DNA of 64,000 nt from an uncultured virus (IMG/VR IMGVR_UViG_3300023210_002494) (IMGVR_UViG_3300023210_002494), one strand, 5' to 3'. Counted from the first letter of the stretch, positions 19,112 to 29,407 are shown. Made by a program: numbers and translations. The notes: a model not told the origin generated them from the letters alone.

Positions 19112-19723
19112 TTATTTAACAGTTTTACTGGATGTAATTTTTCCGTAAAAAATTCTATCACCAACTCGGAACTGGAAATTTTCGTCATTATCTGTTTTTA
19201 AACCAATAGTTTCATCTAATAGTTCTTTTACAGATTCTTTAATTATGGACTTTAAATTTTTAGATGATATTTTTTTTGTGGTTTTTCCAATTGGTGGTAC
19301 CACATTATTAATTTGTGGTGTTGTGTTATTAGTTTGTGGTTCGGATGTTCCCATACCCTGTTTATTCATTTGTTCTTGTACACCAGATAAAAATTCATCA
19401 GTAAGTCCCACGCCACCACCATTAAAAGGAATATCTGGTATAGGATTATTTATCATGGCTTGTTTAATAGCGTCTGGCAATCTTGATTTATTTATTCTAT
19501 CTTCTGTTATATTAGATTTTGGTGATAGGTCTTGTCTTGACTCTGTTATGTTAGGGGTTGGAACTGATTGTGGTAGTGGTGTGGGTGATGATAATAATCC
19601 CGTAGAGTCAGTCATATTTGTTTGTGAAAGATTAACGTTACCACTAGTAAAACTACCACCGTCTACTTTATTCATAACTTTTTTAGCGTTAACTAAATTT
19701 TGTTGAAGCGTTGTCATATCCAT
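19112..19723 (-). CDS. Hypothetical protein, low-complexity, with helical tag
   Basis: Full-length ORF in the operon; contains KISSKNLKSIIKESVKELLDE. Confidence 0.6.
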   Translation of the reverse strand: MDMTTLQQNLVNAKKVMNKVDGGSFTSGNVNLSQTNMTDSTGLLSSPTPLPQSVPTPNITESRQDLSPKSNITEDRINKSRLPDAIKQAMINNPIPDIPFNGGGVGLTDEFLSGVQEQMNKQGMGTSEPQTNNTTPQINNVVPPIGKTTKKISSKNLKSIIKESVKELLDETIGLKTDNDENFQFRVGDRIFYGKITSSKTVK

Positions 19724-19727
19724 AAGT

Positions 19728-20129
19728 TTAAAATTTTGAGTTGTACATCATTCTGTCCATAGAGTTATCCCCTACAGGATTATATAAGGGAGGTTCACCA
19801 AAAGTCAAGAATAAACTACCATCACCTTTTTTAGGTTTCATACTTTTTATCCTATCAACTCTAAATAATCTCCAGTCAGGTAAAGGTATACCTTTTTCAT
19901 TAACTTTTAAAGAGGGTCCTGAAGTTTGGTATGCTCTTATAACTGGATTATTTTTTTTAGAGTATCCATACGCGACGGGCTCTATGACTCTTACCTGACT
20001 ACCTTGAGGTAATTTTTCGTCATCCATATACCGTAATTCACAAGTATGTTTATTTGTTATAGCGTCTTTTATTACACTATTGGATACCTGTTCACTAAGT
20101 AATTCAATAAGAGAATTAAATAAGTTCAT
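19728..20129 (-). CDS. Stand-alone WYL-domain protein
   Basis: LRY, RVIEPVAYG, RAYQ, WRLFRVDRIKSM; ATG 20129 lies 1 nt after the upstream stop. Confidence 0.7.
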   Translation of the reverse strand: MNLFNSLIELLSEQVSNSVIKDAITNKHTCELRYMDDEKLPQGSQVRVIEPVAYGYSKKNNPVIRAYQTSGPSLKVNEKGIPLPDWRLFRVDRIKSMKPKKGDGSLFLTFGEPPLYNPVGDNSMDRMMYNSKF

Positions 20130-20130
20130 T

Positions 20131-20487
20131 TTAAGCCGGTGGTGTATTTGTAGTTGTTTCAAATCCAGGACCAGAATCTAAATTTCCAGAACTATATTCA
20201 TTTTTCTTACTATAAAGATTGGTATTTAGGTTATTGATTCTACCGGTTTTAGATTCTCCATTACCGTGAATGTCAGTACGAGTACCAATATCTTCACCAA
20301 AAACATCTAAATAATTTGCGTTACCCCTACCTTTATCATCCCCATTAGCAAGTGCATTAGGGTGATTGGCACTATATCCATCACTATCGGATACAGGGTA
20401 TACATTTTTAACTAGGTTTTGGTTTCTATATTGTGCAGCTAAGTCTGTTAATTTTGCTCCTGGTTTAGTTTGATTAAAATCTGCCAT
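20131..20487 (-). CDS. Hypothetical protein, possibly virion-associated
   Basis: N/G/D-rich ORF tightly packed in an operon headed by the TATTTATA motif. Confidence 0.55.
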   Translation of the reverse strand: MADFNQTKPGAKLTDLAAQYRNQNLVKNVYPVSDSDGYSANHPNALANGDDKGRGNANYLDVFGEDIGTRTDIHGNGESKTGRINNLNTNLYSKKNEYSSGNLDSGPGFETTTNTPPA

Positions 20488-20493
20488 AATTTT

Positions 20494-20949
20494 TTATTTT
20501 AAAAGTTGTTTTATTCTATTTATTTCTTCATAAATAGCTCGATTATTGTTTATGTCGTCACTTTTTGTAGCGACTTTTATTTTTCTTATTTTAGTTGGGT
20601 TTTTAGTTTTGTCTTTTGTGTGTGTTTTTTTAAATACGTTTTCTTCTCCAGAATTTTGTCTAATTTTTTTAGACCTGTGAACCCCATTTCTTCTAGACTC
20701 TAAAGAACTGTTTATAAAATTTAACATATCTTCACCACCCACAGTCTCATACTCAATATCCTCTAAGTCATTCTCCAACTCATGTTTTAATTTTTTAGCT
20801 TGTGGGTAAGTAACATACCCATCATTAACCATAGTATTACATCTGTCGTAACCTTTATCTTCTTTAGTTAGTGAAGATAATTTATTTTTTAACAAATTAA
20901 GTAAGGCTTCAGGTAACGAATATTTGTCGTTTTTTAAATCACTATTCAT
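20494..20949 (-). CDS. Hypothetical protein with C-terminal helical tag
   Basis: Ends IYEEINRIKQLLK. Confidence 0.6.
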   Translation of the reverse strand: MNSDLKNDKYSLPEALLNLLKNKLSSLTKEDKGYDRCNTMVNDGYVTYPQAKKLKHELENDLEDIEYETVGGEDMLNFINSSLESRRNGVHRSKKIRQNSGEENVFKKTHTKDKTKNPTKIRKIKVATKSDDINNNRAIYEEINRIKQLLK

Positions 20950-21790
20950 CCCAATACTCTTTTATTTTTTTACACATAGAATCCACATCATTAATACCCT
21001 CAGTTTTTAATAATTTAACTAATTTTTTAATTAAGCTAACAATTATTGTAGATGACACTGTAGGTAATTGTTCTCTTATTTCTCCATCATCAGACTTAGT
21101 TTTTAAAATAACCTCTAACATTTTTTTTACTTTATCTTCTGATATTTTTTTAAGTTTTTCTTTTTCTGTTAGTCTTTGGTAGTTTTCACCTTTCTTATCT
21201 AGTTTTTCTGTCTTACCCATACTTTCGGCTCTTTCTTTGGCTTCTATACTATCCATCTCATGTTCTTTCTCAAAGTACTCTATAGTTTCTTCAGCGTCCA
21301 TATCTTGTGTTTCGTCATAACCTAATGTAGCACTTAAATCATTTTCCTCTATAGATTCTCCATAATATCTTTTAAAATAATGTCCCGCACCACTCCAAGT
21401 ACCAGCTTGCCTAGTAGATTTTACCACATCATCAGTAGTTTTTTTAGAACCCATTGTTTTTACGTTTTCGGTGCCTGGTGGAATTTTACTACTTTGCATA
21501 GACCCGTCAAAATCAATTAACTCATTAACCTCTTCCTCACCAGACTCCTCCTCTAATTCAGGTTCTAATATATCATCAACAATCTTAATGTGTCTTTTTC
21601 TATCACTAGTTTTAGAAGCCTCATCCAAACATATAGCTGTAAATCTGTCGGATTTAGGTTCTATTTTAAATTTAAAAATTTCCGATAAAATTAAAAAATC
21701 TAAAGGAGAAACATCTTTTCCAGTCGATAAACCCTCTTTTATGGTACTAAGTTTTTGTACTACTTTCTCTATAGCTGCTGTTCTTTCCAT
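20942..21790 (-). CDS. Hypothetical acidic protein
   Basis: 282-aa ORF, first gene of the leftward late-type operon. Confidence 0.6.
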   Translation of the reverse strand: MERTAAIEKVVQKLSTIKEGLSTGKDVSPLDFLILSEIFKFKIEPKSDRFTAICLDEASKTSDRKRHIKIVDDILEPELEEESGEEEVNELIDFDGSMQSSKIPPGTENVKTMGSKKTTDDVVKSTRQAGTWSGAGHYFKRYYGESIEENDLSATLGYDETQDMDAEETIEYFEKEHEMDSIEAKERAESMGKTEKLDKKGENYQRLTEKEKLKKISEDKVKKMLEVILKTKSDDGEIREQLPTVSSTIIVSLIKKLVKLLKTEGINDVDSMCKKIKEYWDE

Positions 21791-21804
21791 TATTTACGTT
21801 TATA

Positions 21805-21838
21805 TATAAATATCTAAACCAATCAAATAGTATTTATT
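21805..21838. promoter_or_regulatory. Divergent pair of TATTTATW motifs at the strand switch
   Basis: TATTTATA on minus (21805-21812) and TATTTATT on plus (21831-21838), each just upstream of an ATG. Confidence 0.6.
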
Positions 21839-21843
21839 ATTAT

Positions 21844-24030
21844 ATGGGAACACAAAATTTAAGTAATTTTTATTTCAATAAAATAGATAGTAAACTGAAT
21901 TACAGCTCTTACTATGATATTTTTTTAGCGTCTGATGAAAAAGATTTTAAAACAGATGTCGTATGGTCAACAAAAATAATCGACCATGGTGATGGTGAAA
22001 AATTGCCAGTATGGATAGATTTAAATACAACTGCTTCTACACAACCTATAACAGATTGTAATTACCAATATCCTACAGGACTAACAGTTAGTTATTATGT
22101 TGATAGTGGTTTTAAACCTTTTGTTATTATAAGTAAAAATACTTGGCCACACGCTAAATCTAATTGCGATTGCCCTTATACAGGGTCGGGATATAGTATA
22201 CGAGATATTATTTGGACAGGTACCGATAATGGGCTGGTTAACCCGAATGAAGTTAGTAAAGGAACTTATTCTATAGATTTATATGATAGTTTACCAACAT
22301 CTTTAACACACGATAAATTTTCATATGATAAGAGATTTAAAATGCATCAAGTAAAAGCCTACGGGTTCCCTTGGTGGAGTAATACTTTTTATACCGATAC
22401 AACAATATTGGATAAAACAGACTACTCTGGTTACTACCAAGAATTAAAAGGTGGTTTCTACCAAGGATTCTACAAATTATATGGTTATCCTTATGAAGTA
22501 TTACCCACAAGACCTAAATGTGGGTGGTCATTCGAAACTTACCTTAAATTAAATACTATTTGTACTGATATTAATGGACCAGACTCACCATTAATTGAAG
22601 ATGGGCTAAAAAAATATGGTATTTACGGTAATTGTTACAATACTAGTGGTTGGTATAAGAATACTATGGGAGCTACTGGTGTCATAACACCATTATGTAG
22701 TGCAAACCCCACAGCTTATTCATATAATTCAATTGGTCCACAATACACTTTTAATTACAGTGCATGGAATGGGTCCGGGATGACCATAGGTAGGACAGAT
22801 AAGTATGGTTTCTTTTTTTACAAAGGAATTAGAGCTGAGGACAAATGGTTTCACGAAGACATGTCTTATTCTGCTTTTTCTGAGTGTACAACTTTAACTG
22901 GTGATACTGGTTGTTGTTATGACTGTGTTGAAACAGGGGTGGTTAGTGATATTTGTGAGGGACAAACAGGGTTCACAGCTAGTCTAGAAGACCCGGTTAA
23001 ACTAACAGGTGAAAATAAATCACCAACAGCACAGTATGATGTATATAGTAATGCTATTGGATTTAGGATTACTGATGATATGAGAATTGGTTACAGAACT
23101 ATTAGGTATACAGGTGGGTGTCAAACAACTGGAAGAACCACGTCTATTGAAGGTCAGGAAGTAGTCTCTGACTGCTATACTGGTAGTAGTTTTGATTGTG
23201 GATATACTATAGAAGAAAGTTATTCTGAACCTATATGTGCTTTTATGACACGAAGTGGGGATTGTACATCAAACTGGATACAGGTTGATGTGGTATTTGA
23301 AAGGAATTTGTGTCTAGAAGATTGTGAAATATATAATAATGGTGGTATAAATGACTTGGTTAAGGTTAGGACAGATAAATTCCAAAGATATGGAAGACAC
23401 ATAGAGACCAGTACCGGCCCTTTTGGTTGTCACCCCGAAACACCTTCAGAACCAAAACCAACCTGTAAAGACGAGTACCCTTCTTTTATAGATGAGGCTT
23501 ACTTTGATTTTACATGTCACGGTGCAAATGTACAAAGTTGGTTTGACGAACAAGAATATAGGATGGGTACATTAACTTTTTATGTTAATGGTAGAAGGGT
23601 TCATAAGGTAAAAGATTATGAGGAAATAATCCCTAGGCAACTAAACACTAATAAACAAACTCAGGTAGGTGTAGCTTATAATATGTCATGGGGTGGTGGA
23701 GCTATGGGACTAAGAGAAAGTTTAATTACTGATATGAGTGGTTGTACTAGTGATTGTTGTTCTGCTACTACGGGTAGTAGTAGTTCCCTAATTCATTGGT
23801 CTGGAGAAACAGACCAGAGACTAATTATGGAAAATTTTGCTGGTTCATTTATAGGTGGTATTTCACAAATGATGTACTACATAAAACCGTTAACACCAGA
23901 TGAAATATATCACAATTTTTTAATAAACAAAAGTAGATACAAGCTTATAGACTGTGAAGAGTGTAAAAATTGTTATGATGGGTGTGTAGACTGTAATTTA
24001 GAAAATGGTGCACTACCACCACCTTGTTAA
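21844..24030 (+). CDS. Cys-rich putative virion protein with interrupted LamG/concanavalin-like domain
   Basis: WIQVDVVFER, TLTFYVNG, FIGGISQMMYYIKPLTPDEI resemble LamG strands; about 30 Cys by manual count. Confidence 0.5.
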   Translation: MGTQNLSNFYFNKIDSKLNYSSYYDIFLASDEKDFKTDVVWSTKIIDHGDGEKLPVWIDLNTTASTQPITDCNYQYPTGLTVSYYVDSGFKPFVIISKNTWPHAKSNCDCPYTGSGYSIRDIIWTGTDNGLVNPNEVSKGTYSIDLYDSLPTSLTHDKFSYDKRFKMHQVKAYGFPWWSNTFYTDTTILDKTDYSGYYQELKGGFYQGFYKLYGYPYEVLPTRPKCGWSFETYLKLNTICTDINGPDSPLIEDGLKKYGIYGNCYNTSGWYKNTMGATGVITPLCSANPTAYSYNSIGPQYTFNYSAWNGSGMTIGRTDKYGFFFYKGIRAEDKWFHEDMSYSAFSECTTLTGDTGCCYDCVETGVVSDICEGQTGFTASLEDPVKLTGENKSPTAQYDVYSNAIGFRITDDMRIGYRTIRYTGGCQTTGRTTSIEGQEVVSDCYTGSSFDCGYTIEESYSEPICAFMTRSGDCTSNWIQVDVVFERNLCLEDCEIYNNGGINDLVKVRTDKFQRYGRHIETSTGPFGCHPETPSEPKPTCKDEYPSFIDEAYFDFTCHGANVQSWFDEQEYRMGTLTFYVNGRRVHKVKDYEEIIPRQLNTNKQTQVGVAYNMSWGGGAMGLRESLITDMSGCTSDCCSATTGSSSSLIHWSGETDQRLIMENFAGSFIGGISQMMYYIKPLTPDEIYHNFLINKSRYKLIDCEECKNCYDGCVDCNLENGALPPPC

Positions 24031-24041
24031 CATATTAATTA

Positions 24042-24049
24042 TATTTATA
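24042..24049 (+). promoter_or_regulatory. TATTTATA putative late promoter
   Basis: 12 nt upstream of ATG 24062. Confidence 0.55.
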
Positions 24050-24061
24050 TAAAAAAGAATA

Positions 24062-24442
24062 ATGGAATTTTTTATCAGAAAAGACTCAATAGAACCAATA
24101 CTTAAAATGCAATTAGTGCAAGATGGAAGAAATGACTTTAGGCATTTTCATGACAAATTAAGTAATTCTAGTATCTATTTTTCCATGAAGGACGAAGAAA
24201 CTGGAATACCTAGGGTACTAAATAGAGCGGGTGGTATAGTCACGAAAGAACCAACATCACTAAATTCACCTATTGAATATTACATCTATTATAAATGGAC
24301 AAAAAAAGATGTTAAAAAAACGGGTAGATTCGAAGGTCAATTTATAATATATTTTCATGATGACAATACAGAACTAATAGCTCCTATTAGAGAAAATTTA
24401 TATATTAACATTAGTGATTCATTTGTTAAATCACCTTGTTAA
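24062..24442 (+). CDS. BppU-N-like Ig-fold virion protein
   Basis: IRKDS-x-EP-x-L, IYFSM, YKWTKKDV-x-x-TGRFEGQF pattern resembles BppU N-terminal domains. Confidence 0.5.
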   Translation: MEFFIRKDSIEPILKMQLVQDGRNDFRHFHDKLSNSSIYFSMKDEETGIPRVLNRAGGIVTKEPTSLNSPIEYYIYYKWTKKDVKKTGRFEGQFIIYFHDDNTELIAPIRENLYINISDSFVKSPC

Positions 24443-24447
24443 TTTTA

Positions 24448-24478
24448 TTGATTAGTTAAAGTTTTTTACTTATCTTTG
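24448..24478 (+). promoter_or_regulatory. Bacteroidota-type promoter of the DNA polymerase gene
   Basis: TTG-N20-TATCTTTG; the -7 box at 24471-24478 is a perfect TAnnTTTG. Confidence 0.65.
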
Positions 24479-24489
24479 TGTGTAATCAC

Positions 24490-27234
24490 ATGCAAGAATT
24501 AAACAAAAATAATATGGTGGAAAAAGCTACTCCTGAGGAGATAGAACAATTTTTATTGGGTAATGACCCAGAAAAATACATTGTAGCCTTAGAATATGGT
24601 TGGAGAAGTAGTAAAATCTATAAGATAAAAGAATACCCGGATAAAGGTAAGGTTATAGAAACAGATACATTCATACCTTTCTGTTGGGTTGGGGACTTGA
24701 GTAAAAAGAATTTTTATCGTGGAAGTAAGCAATCACAAAAAGAAGCTATAAGTAAGTACGGAATACTAATAGAAAAGTTACATTCTGGTGACGATGTAAG
24801 ATTAAATAACGGTTTAACTTATTTAATAAAAACAACAAAAACTTATAGAGATTTAGTAAGCTTTTTTAAACAAGGTGGTCTAAATCCTTGGGGTGAAGAT
24901 AATAGAGACGCTATAATGATTTTACCACCTATAGAACAATATCTAGTACAAAAAGAAAAAAGATTATTTAAAGGTTTTGAAGCTTACGATGACATACACA
25001 GATTTGTTTTTGATTTAGAAACTACATCCTTAAATCCAGAAGATGGAAGAATTTTCATGATTGGTATGAAGGACAATAGAGGTTTTGAGAAAGTAATAGA
25101 AATTGGGGAAAATGACTTAGAAGAATCTGAGGCAATATATAAATTTTTTGAAACTATACAAGAAATACAACCCAGCATAATAGGTGGGTACAATTCATCT
25201 AATTTTGATTGGAATTGGCTATTTAAACGTGCAGAAATATTACAAATGGACACTACTAAGTTCAAAACCCTAAACCCAAATGAAGGGTATAAATTTAAGG
25301 ATAGTGTTTTAAAATTGGGAGCTGAAATCGAAGACTACCAACAAATAAAGATATGGGGATGTAATTCGTTAGATATTGCACATTCGGTAAGACGTGCACA
25401 AACAATTAATTCAGAAATAAAAAGTTGGGGACTAAAGTATATAACCAAGTTTGCCAAGTCAGAAAAACCTAACCGAGTGTATGTGGAGGGGGATAAGATA
25501 GCCTCAACACATAGGGAGAATAAAGAGTTTTATTTAAATATAGATAATGGAAAATATAAACCGGTTGGCTCTGAAGGTTTATTTGATATAGATAAAAAGT
25601 TCCCTGATGTTTATAAAAAAGTTGGTGGAGCTAAAATAGTTGAGCAATATCTAATGGATGACTTATGGGAGACTATGGAAGTGGACGAACAATTTAACCA
25701 AGGTTCATTCTTATTGGCAAGTATGGTACCAACCTCTTATGAAAGAGTATCCACAATGGGGACAGCTACACTTTGGAAAATGTTAATGTTAGCTTGGTCA
25801 TACCATAAAAGGCTATCTGTCCCAGCAAAAGACTCTAAAAGACCTTTTGTTGGTGGGTTATCTAGATTAGTTAAAACCGGATACTCAACAAATGTATTAA
25901 AGTTAGACTTTAGTTCACTTTACCCATCGATACAACTTGTACATAATGTTTTCCCAGAGTGCGACATTACTGACGCTATGAAAGGGATGTTAAAATATTT
26001 TAGAGATACTAGAATTAGATATAAAAATTTAGCTTCCGAATATTACGGTAGTGATAAAAAGAAGTCGGAGTCTTTTGGTAGGAAACAATTACCCATAAAA
26101 ATATTTATTAATTCTATGTTTGGTTCTTTATCAGCTCCACAAGTATTTCCTTGGGGTGATATGAATATGGGGGAAAAGATAACTTGTACAGCTAGACAAT
26201 ACCTAAGACAAATGGTAAGATTTTTTATGAACAAAGGTTATGACCCTTTAGTTATGGACACTGACGGAGTTAACTTTTCTTGTCCTTTAGATGTTGAGGA
26301 TAGGTCGTATGTAGGATTGGGTAAAAATGAGTTAGTTACTAAAGATAAAAAGTATTTAGGGAGTGAAGCTGATGTTGCCGAATATAATGATTTATTTATG
26401 AGGGGTGAAATGGGTTTAGATACTGACGGACAATGGCCTTCATGTATTAATGTCGCAAGAAAAAACTACGCTTTACTAATGGTAGACGGTACTGTAAAAC
26501 TAACAGGTAACTCAATTAAATCTAAAAAAATTCAAGGTTATTTAGAGACTTTTATTGATAAAGGTTTACGAATGTTACTAGAGGGTAAGGGCGGTGATTT
26601 TGTTGAGTATTACTATGAGTATTTAGATAAAATATATCAGAGGGACATACTATTAGCAAAAATAGCTAATAAGTCCAGAATTAAACAAACTATAGAGTCT
26701 TATAAAAAAAGATGTAAACAAAGAACTAAGTCTGGTAGTTTGATGGCTAGGCAAGCACACATGGAGTTGGTTATAGCTAATAATGTACAAGTTTCTTTAG
26801 GGGATACAATTTATTACGTTAATAATGGTAAAGCTATGTCTCACGGTGATGTTCAGAGAAAAAAGAAAAAAGACGGTACTGAAGAAATAGTACTAAACTC
26901 TTATCTAATATCAGAAAATGATTTAGAAAATGGTATGAAAGGTGAGTATAACGTACCAAGATATATAAATACGTTTAATAAAAGAGTTGAGCCTTTACTA
27001 GTTTGTTTTAAACCAGAAGTTAGAAATAGTTTAATAAAAAAGAAACCAGAAGATAGAGAATATTATACTAATTCCCAATGTGAATTAATACACGGAATAC
27101 CTAGAAAAGATGGTGACCAAGATTCTTTAGAAGAAATACTTACATTATCACCAGAAGAAAAAATTTACTGGAAAAAAATGGAGTTAAGTGAAAATTCTTT
27201 TATGGAGGATTTAGGAATTCTTGAAACCATCTGA
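24490..27234 (+). CDS. Family B DNA polymerase
   Basis: Exonuclease motifs FDLETT, GYNSSNFDW, YLMDD; polymerase motifs LDFSSLYPS, KIFINSMFG, MDTDG. Start is ATG 24490 or 24514; the track's GTG overlaps the promoter. Confidence 0.95.
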   Translation: MQELNKNNMVEKATPEEIEQFLLGNDPEKYIVALEYGWRSSKIYKIKEYPDKGKVIETDTFIPFCWVGDLSKKNFYRGSKQSQKEAISKYGILIEKLHSGDDVRLNNGLTYLIKTTKTYRDLVSFFKQGGLNPWGEDNRDAIMILPPIEQYLVQKEKRLFKGFEAYDDIHRFVFDLETTSLNPEDGRIFMIGMKDNRGFEKVIEIGENDLEESEAIYKFFETIQEIQPSIIGGYNSSNFDWNWLFKRAEILQMDTTKFKTLNPNEGYKFKDSVLKLGAEIEDYQQIKIWGCNSLDIAHSVRRAQTINSEIKSWGLKYITKFAKSEKPNRVYVEGDKIASTHRENKEFYLNIDNGKYKPVGSEGLFDIDKKFPDVYKKVGGAKIVEQYLMDDLWETMEVDEQFNQGSFLLASMVPTSYERVSTMGTATLWKMLMLAWSYHKRLSVPAKDSKRPFVGGLSRLVKTGYSTNVLKLDFSSLYPSIQLVHNVFPECDITDAMKGMLKYFRDTRIRYKNLASEYYGSDKKKSESFGRKQLPIKIFINSMFGSLSAPQVFPWGDMNMGEKITCTARQYLRQMVRFFMNKGYDPLVMDTDGVNFSCPLDVEDRSYVGLGKNELVTKDKKYLGSEADVAEYNDLFMRGEMGLDTDGQWPSCINVARKNYALLMVDGTVKLTGNSIKSKKIQGYLETFIDKGLRMLLEGKGGDFVEYYYEYLDKIYQRDILLAKIANKSRIKQTIESYKKRCKQRTKSGSLMARQAHMELVIANNVQVSLGDTIYYVNNGKAMSHGDVQRKKKKDGTEEIVLNSYLISENDLENGMKGEYNVPRYINTFNKRVEPLLVCFKPEVRNSLIKKKPEDREYYTNSQCELIHGIPRKDGDQDSLEEILTLSPEEKIYWKKMELSENSFMEDLGILETI

Positions 27235-28242
27235 ACTAGTGATGACCCAATAAGACAACTCTTTAACAAAAACCAACTCAACACAACTATCACCATCTAA
27301 GTTAATAGAGTCCCATTTATTATCTATTTTCCCTACATCAGAAACAATTGTTACTTCAGACAGTGATTTTACTTTTATTTTAGTGTCCTTATTTGAGTTT
27401 AGTGTTAGTGTACATTTACTATTAATAACTATTAAGTGTTCTCCGTTGGTTGTGTAGTCCTCAGTTATAACTTTAGTTATGGTGTCGGTTTCTTTATTGT
27501 AATCATAAACATTTAAACTTTTTTTATGTAAATTTTGTATTAAACTTAACAAAGAAACGGATAAAAGTTTATATTGTATATTGTCAGGCCTTCCTTGACC
27601 ATCATATATTACCAGTTCTTTATACCCTAATTCATGTAAATCTTCAGCCATTAAACCAAAACTATCGACCCCATTTTGTACGTACCTAAAAAAGTAACTA
27701 TCTAAATCTAATAGTTTTTTGTAGTGTGTTTCTGGTATTTTTCTTAATTCTTGTTTATACCTCATAGATGACGAAGCCCCTTTTACAACATTACCATCTT
27801 CATCTAGTTGTAAATCGACGACACCACTCATTAGATTTGCGTCAACTAACCCTAATTTATTTATTTGTAAAGTACTAGCACTAATACCCGGATTACTAGT
27901 TTCTCCACTTAGTATTTGCATAGGAACTTGGTTTAGTGCTATTACGGATGACATACCAGTAACAGCTGAAAAAGCGGTAACAGTAACATTACAAGACGCT
28001 GAAGTAGCTGAATAATGACCAACAACAAAAGTATAACCTGTGGTACAAGCACTACACCCACAAGAGGCACCACCTTGCTCATACCAATCAGCTGGTTTAT
28101 AAACCATAAAAGACCCGTCACCAGTAATCCCAGAATAAACATTAAAGTCCTGCTCAACTAAGGTAGACCCAGAAAATCTAGCAATAGTATCTGATTTTTG
28201 TATTAGTTGTCTTGAGTAATCTACTTTAGTGAAAAAAGCCAT
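27211..28242 (-). CDS. Fibre-like protein with internal peptidase S74 (intramolecular chaperone)-like domain
   Basis: SSMRYKQEL, FGLMAEDL, LVIYD, NIQY followed by a helix, then about 100 extra residues; overlaps the polB 3' end by 24 nt. Confidence 0.6.
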   Translation of the reverse strand: MAFFTKVDYSRQLIQKSDTIARFSGSTLVEQDFNVYSGITGDGSFMVYKPADWYEQGGASCGCSACTTGYTFVVGHYSATSASCNVTVTAFSAVTGMSSVIALNQVPMQILSGETSNPGISASTLQINKLGLVDANLMSGVVDLQLDEDGNVVKGASSSMRYKQELRKIPETHYKKLLDLDSYFFRYVQNGVDSFGLMAEDLHELGYKELVIYDGQGRPDNIQYKLLSVSLLSLIQNLHKKSLNVYDYNKETDTITKVITEDYTTNGEHLIVINSKCTLTLNSNKDTKIKVKSLSEVTIVSDVGKIDNKWDSINLDGDSCVELVFVKELSYWVITSSDGFKNS

Positions 28243-28243
28243 A

Positions 28244-29368
28244 TTATATAACGAATATAGAACCAGGGTTAACAGGTCGGTACCCCAATGATTTATTTAG
28301 GTTTTCAGCTTCTAAAGCTTTTCTTTCTAACATTTTATCATTTCTTAGTCTTTCTAATCTCGTCATTAACTCTTCTATTAATTTAGACACTTCATCCTTA
28401 GACTCACTTAATAAATCACTATATTCCATAGTTAATTCAGAGTCAGGTGTTTTAAGGTTACCACTAAATTTACCCCTAACTCTACCTAACATTTCCTTAG
28501 CTTTAGCAAAAAAGTATCTTCTAACCCAAGCTTGTGCTGGGGGGTTAAGACGAGTGTACGTCATTTCCTCCAAATCAACATCACTAGGCAATAAAATAAT
28601 ATCTTTATTAGCATCTAAACAATCATCCCTATTAGCTGGTCCAGAGTCGTAGTACCAGTACCATACTCTTTCTTGATTATACATAATATCACCAAAATCA
28701 AATCTACCACCTGGAACATTATAAAGGTGTAAATACTTTGGTCCATGAACACCACCAGCACCAGCGGTAATTCGATAACTTAAGTCACCACCAATCAGTC
28801 TATTCTTTAAATTTCTATCTTGCATTCTTAACATAACATCAAAAGCAGGCATCATAAAATAAGAACCCTGTATCCCCATTTGGGCCATACCACCACCCAT
28901 ACCCATACCTCCACCACCGAAAGCACCTAAAAATGGGTCAATAAAAGCTTCGTTAAGTTCAGCTCTAGAAAACCACATAATTTCATTAATTTCTCTACCA
29001 GCTGGTATTTCATATATTTGGGTTCCAGCACTTAGGGAAACGTAGTCTTGTTTAAGTTGGTATGGTCCACCAGCTTGCAACCCAACAATTTTAGAGTAGG
29101 CATAGGTAAAAGAAGTTTCAAAGTCTAAATCCCTAGTTAAAAATGCATTGGTTAAAGATATAACATCCATGTCTTGTCCGTATATAGAAGACCATTGATT
29201 CTCAATTAACCAATCCTGAACATACTGACCATAGTCTAGTATAGCAATTTCCAACGCAGTATCCAACATTTCATCCTCTAACTCCACACCTCTAAGTGGA
29301 GCTCCTAACAAGTGTTTTACTTGTGTAAATAATTTATCTCTTTTTGCTGGGTCTATTGTTGCTGGCAT
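28244..29368 (-). CDS. Neck/head-tail adaptor protein (T4 gp13-like)
   Basis: HLLGAPLRGVEL and WVRRYFFAKAKEMLGRVRGKF resemble gp13 motifs. Confidence 0.7.
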   Translation of the reverse strand: MPATIDPAKRDKLFTQVKHLLGAPLRGVELEDEMLDTALEIAILDYGQYVQDWLIENQWSSIYGQDMDVISLTNAFLTRDLDFETSFTYAYSKIVGLQAGGPYQLKQDYVSLSAGTQIYEIPAGREINEIMWFSRAELNEAFIDPFLGAFGGGGMGMGGGMAQMGIQGSYFMMPAFDVMLRMQDRNLKNRLIGGDLSYRITAGAGGVHGPKYLHLYNVPGGRFDFGDIMYNQERVWYWYYDSGPANRDDCLDANKDIILLPSDVDLEEMTYTRLNPPAQAWVRRYFFAKAKEMLGRVRGKFSGNLKTPDSELTMEYSDLLSESKDEVSKLIEELMTRLERLRNDKMLERKALEAENLNKSLGYRPVNPGSIFVI

Positions 29369-29383
29369 AATATATCCTTTTTA

Positions 29384-29391
29384 TATAAATA
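29384..29391 (-). promoter_or_regulatory. TATTTATA putative late promoter
   Basis: 15 nt upstream of ATG 29368, just downstream of a terminator. Confidence 0.6.
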
Positions 29392-29407
29392 CTTGGAAGT
29401 TGGCATT

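Noticed and set aside
24478..24489. GTG start for the polymerase given by the ORF track
   Set aside because: Overlaps the TATCTTTG promoter box; ATG 24490 or 24514 is more plausible.
27211..27234. 24-nt convergent overlap of polB and the fibre-like gene as a regulatory device
   Set aside because: Short tail-to-tail overlaps are common in compact phage genomes, and nothing else supports a function.
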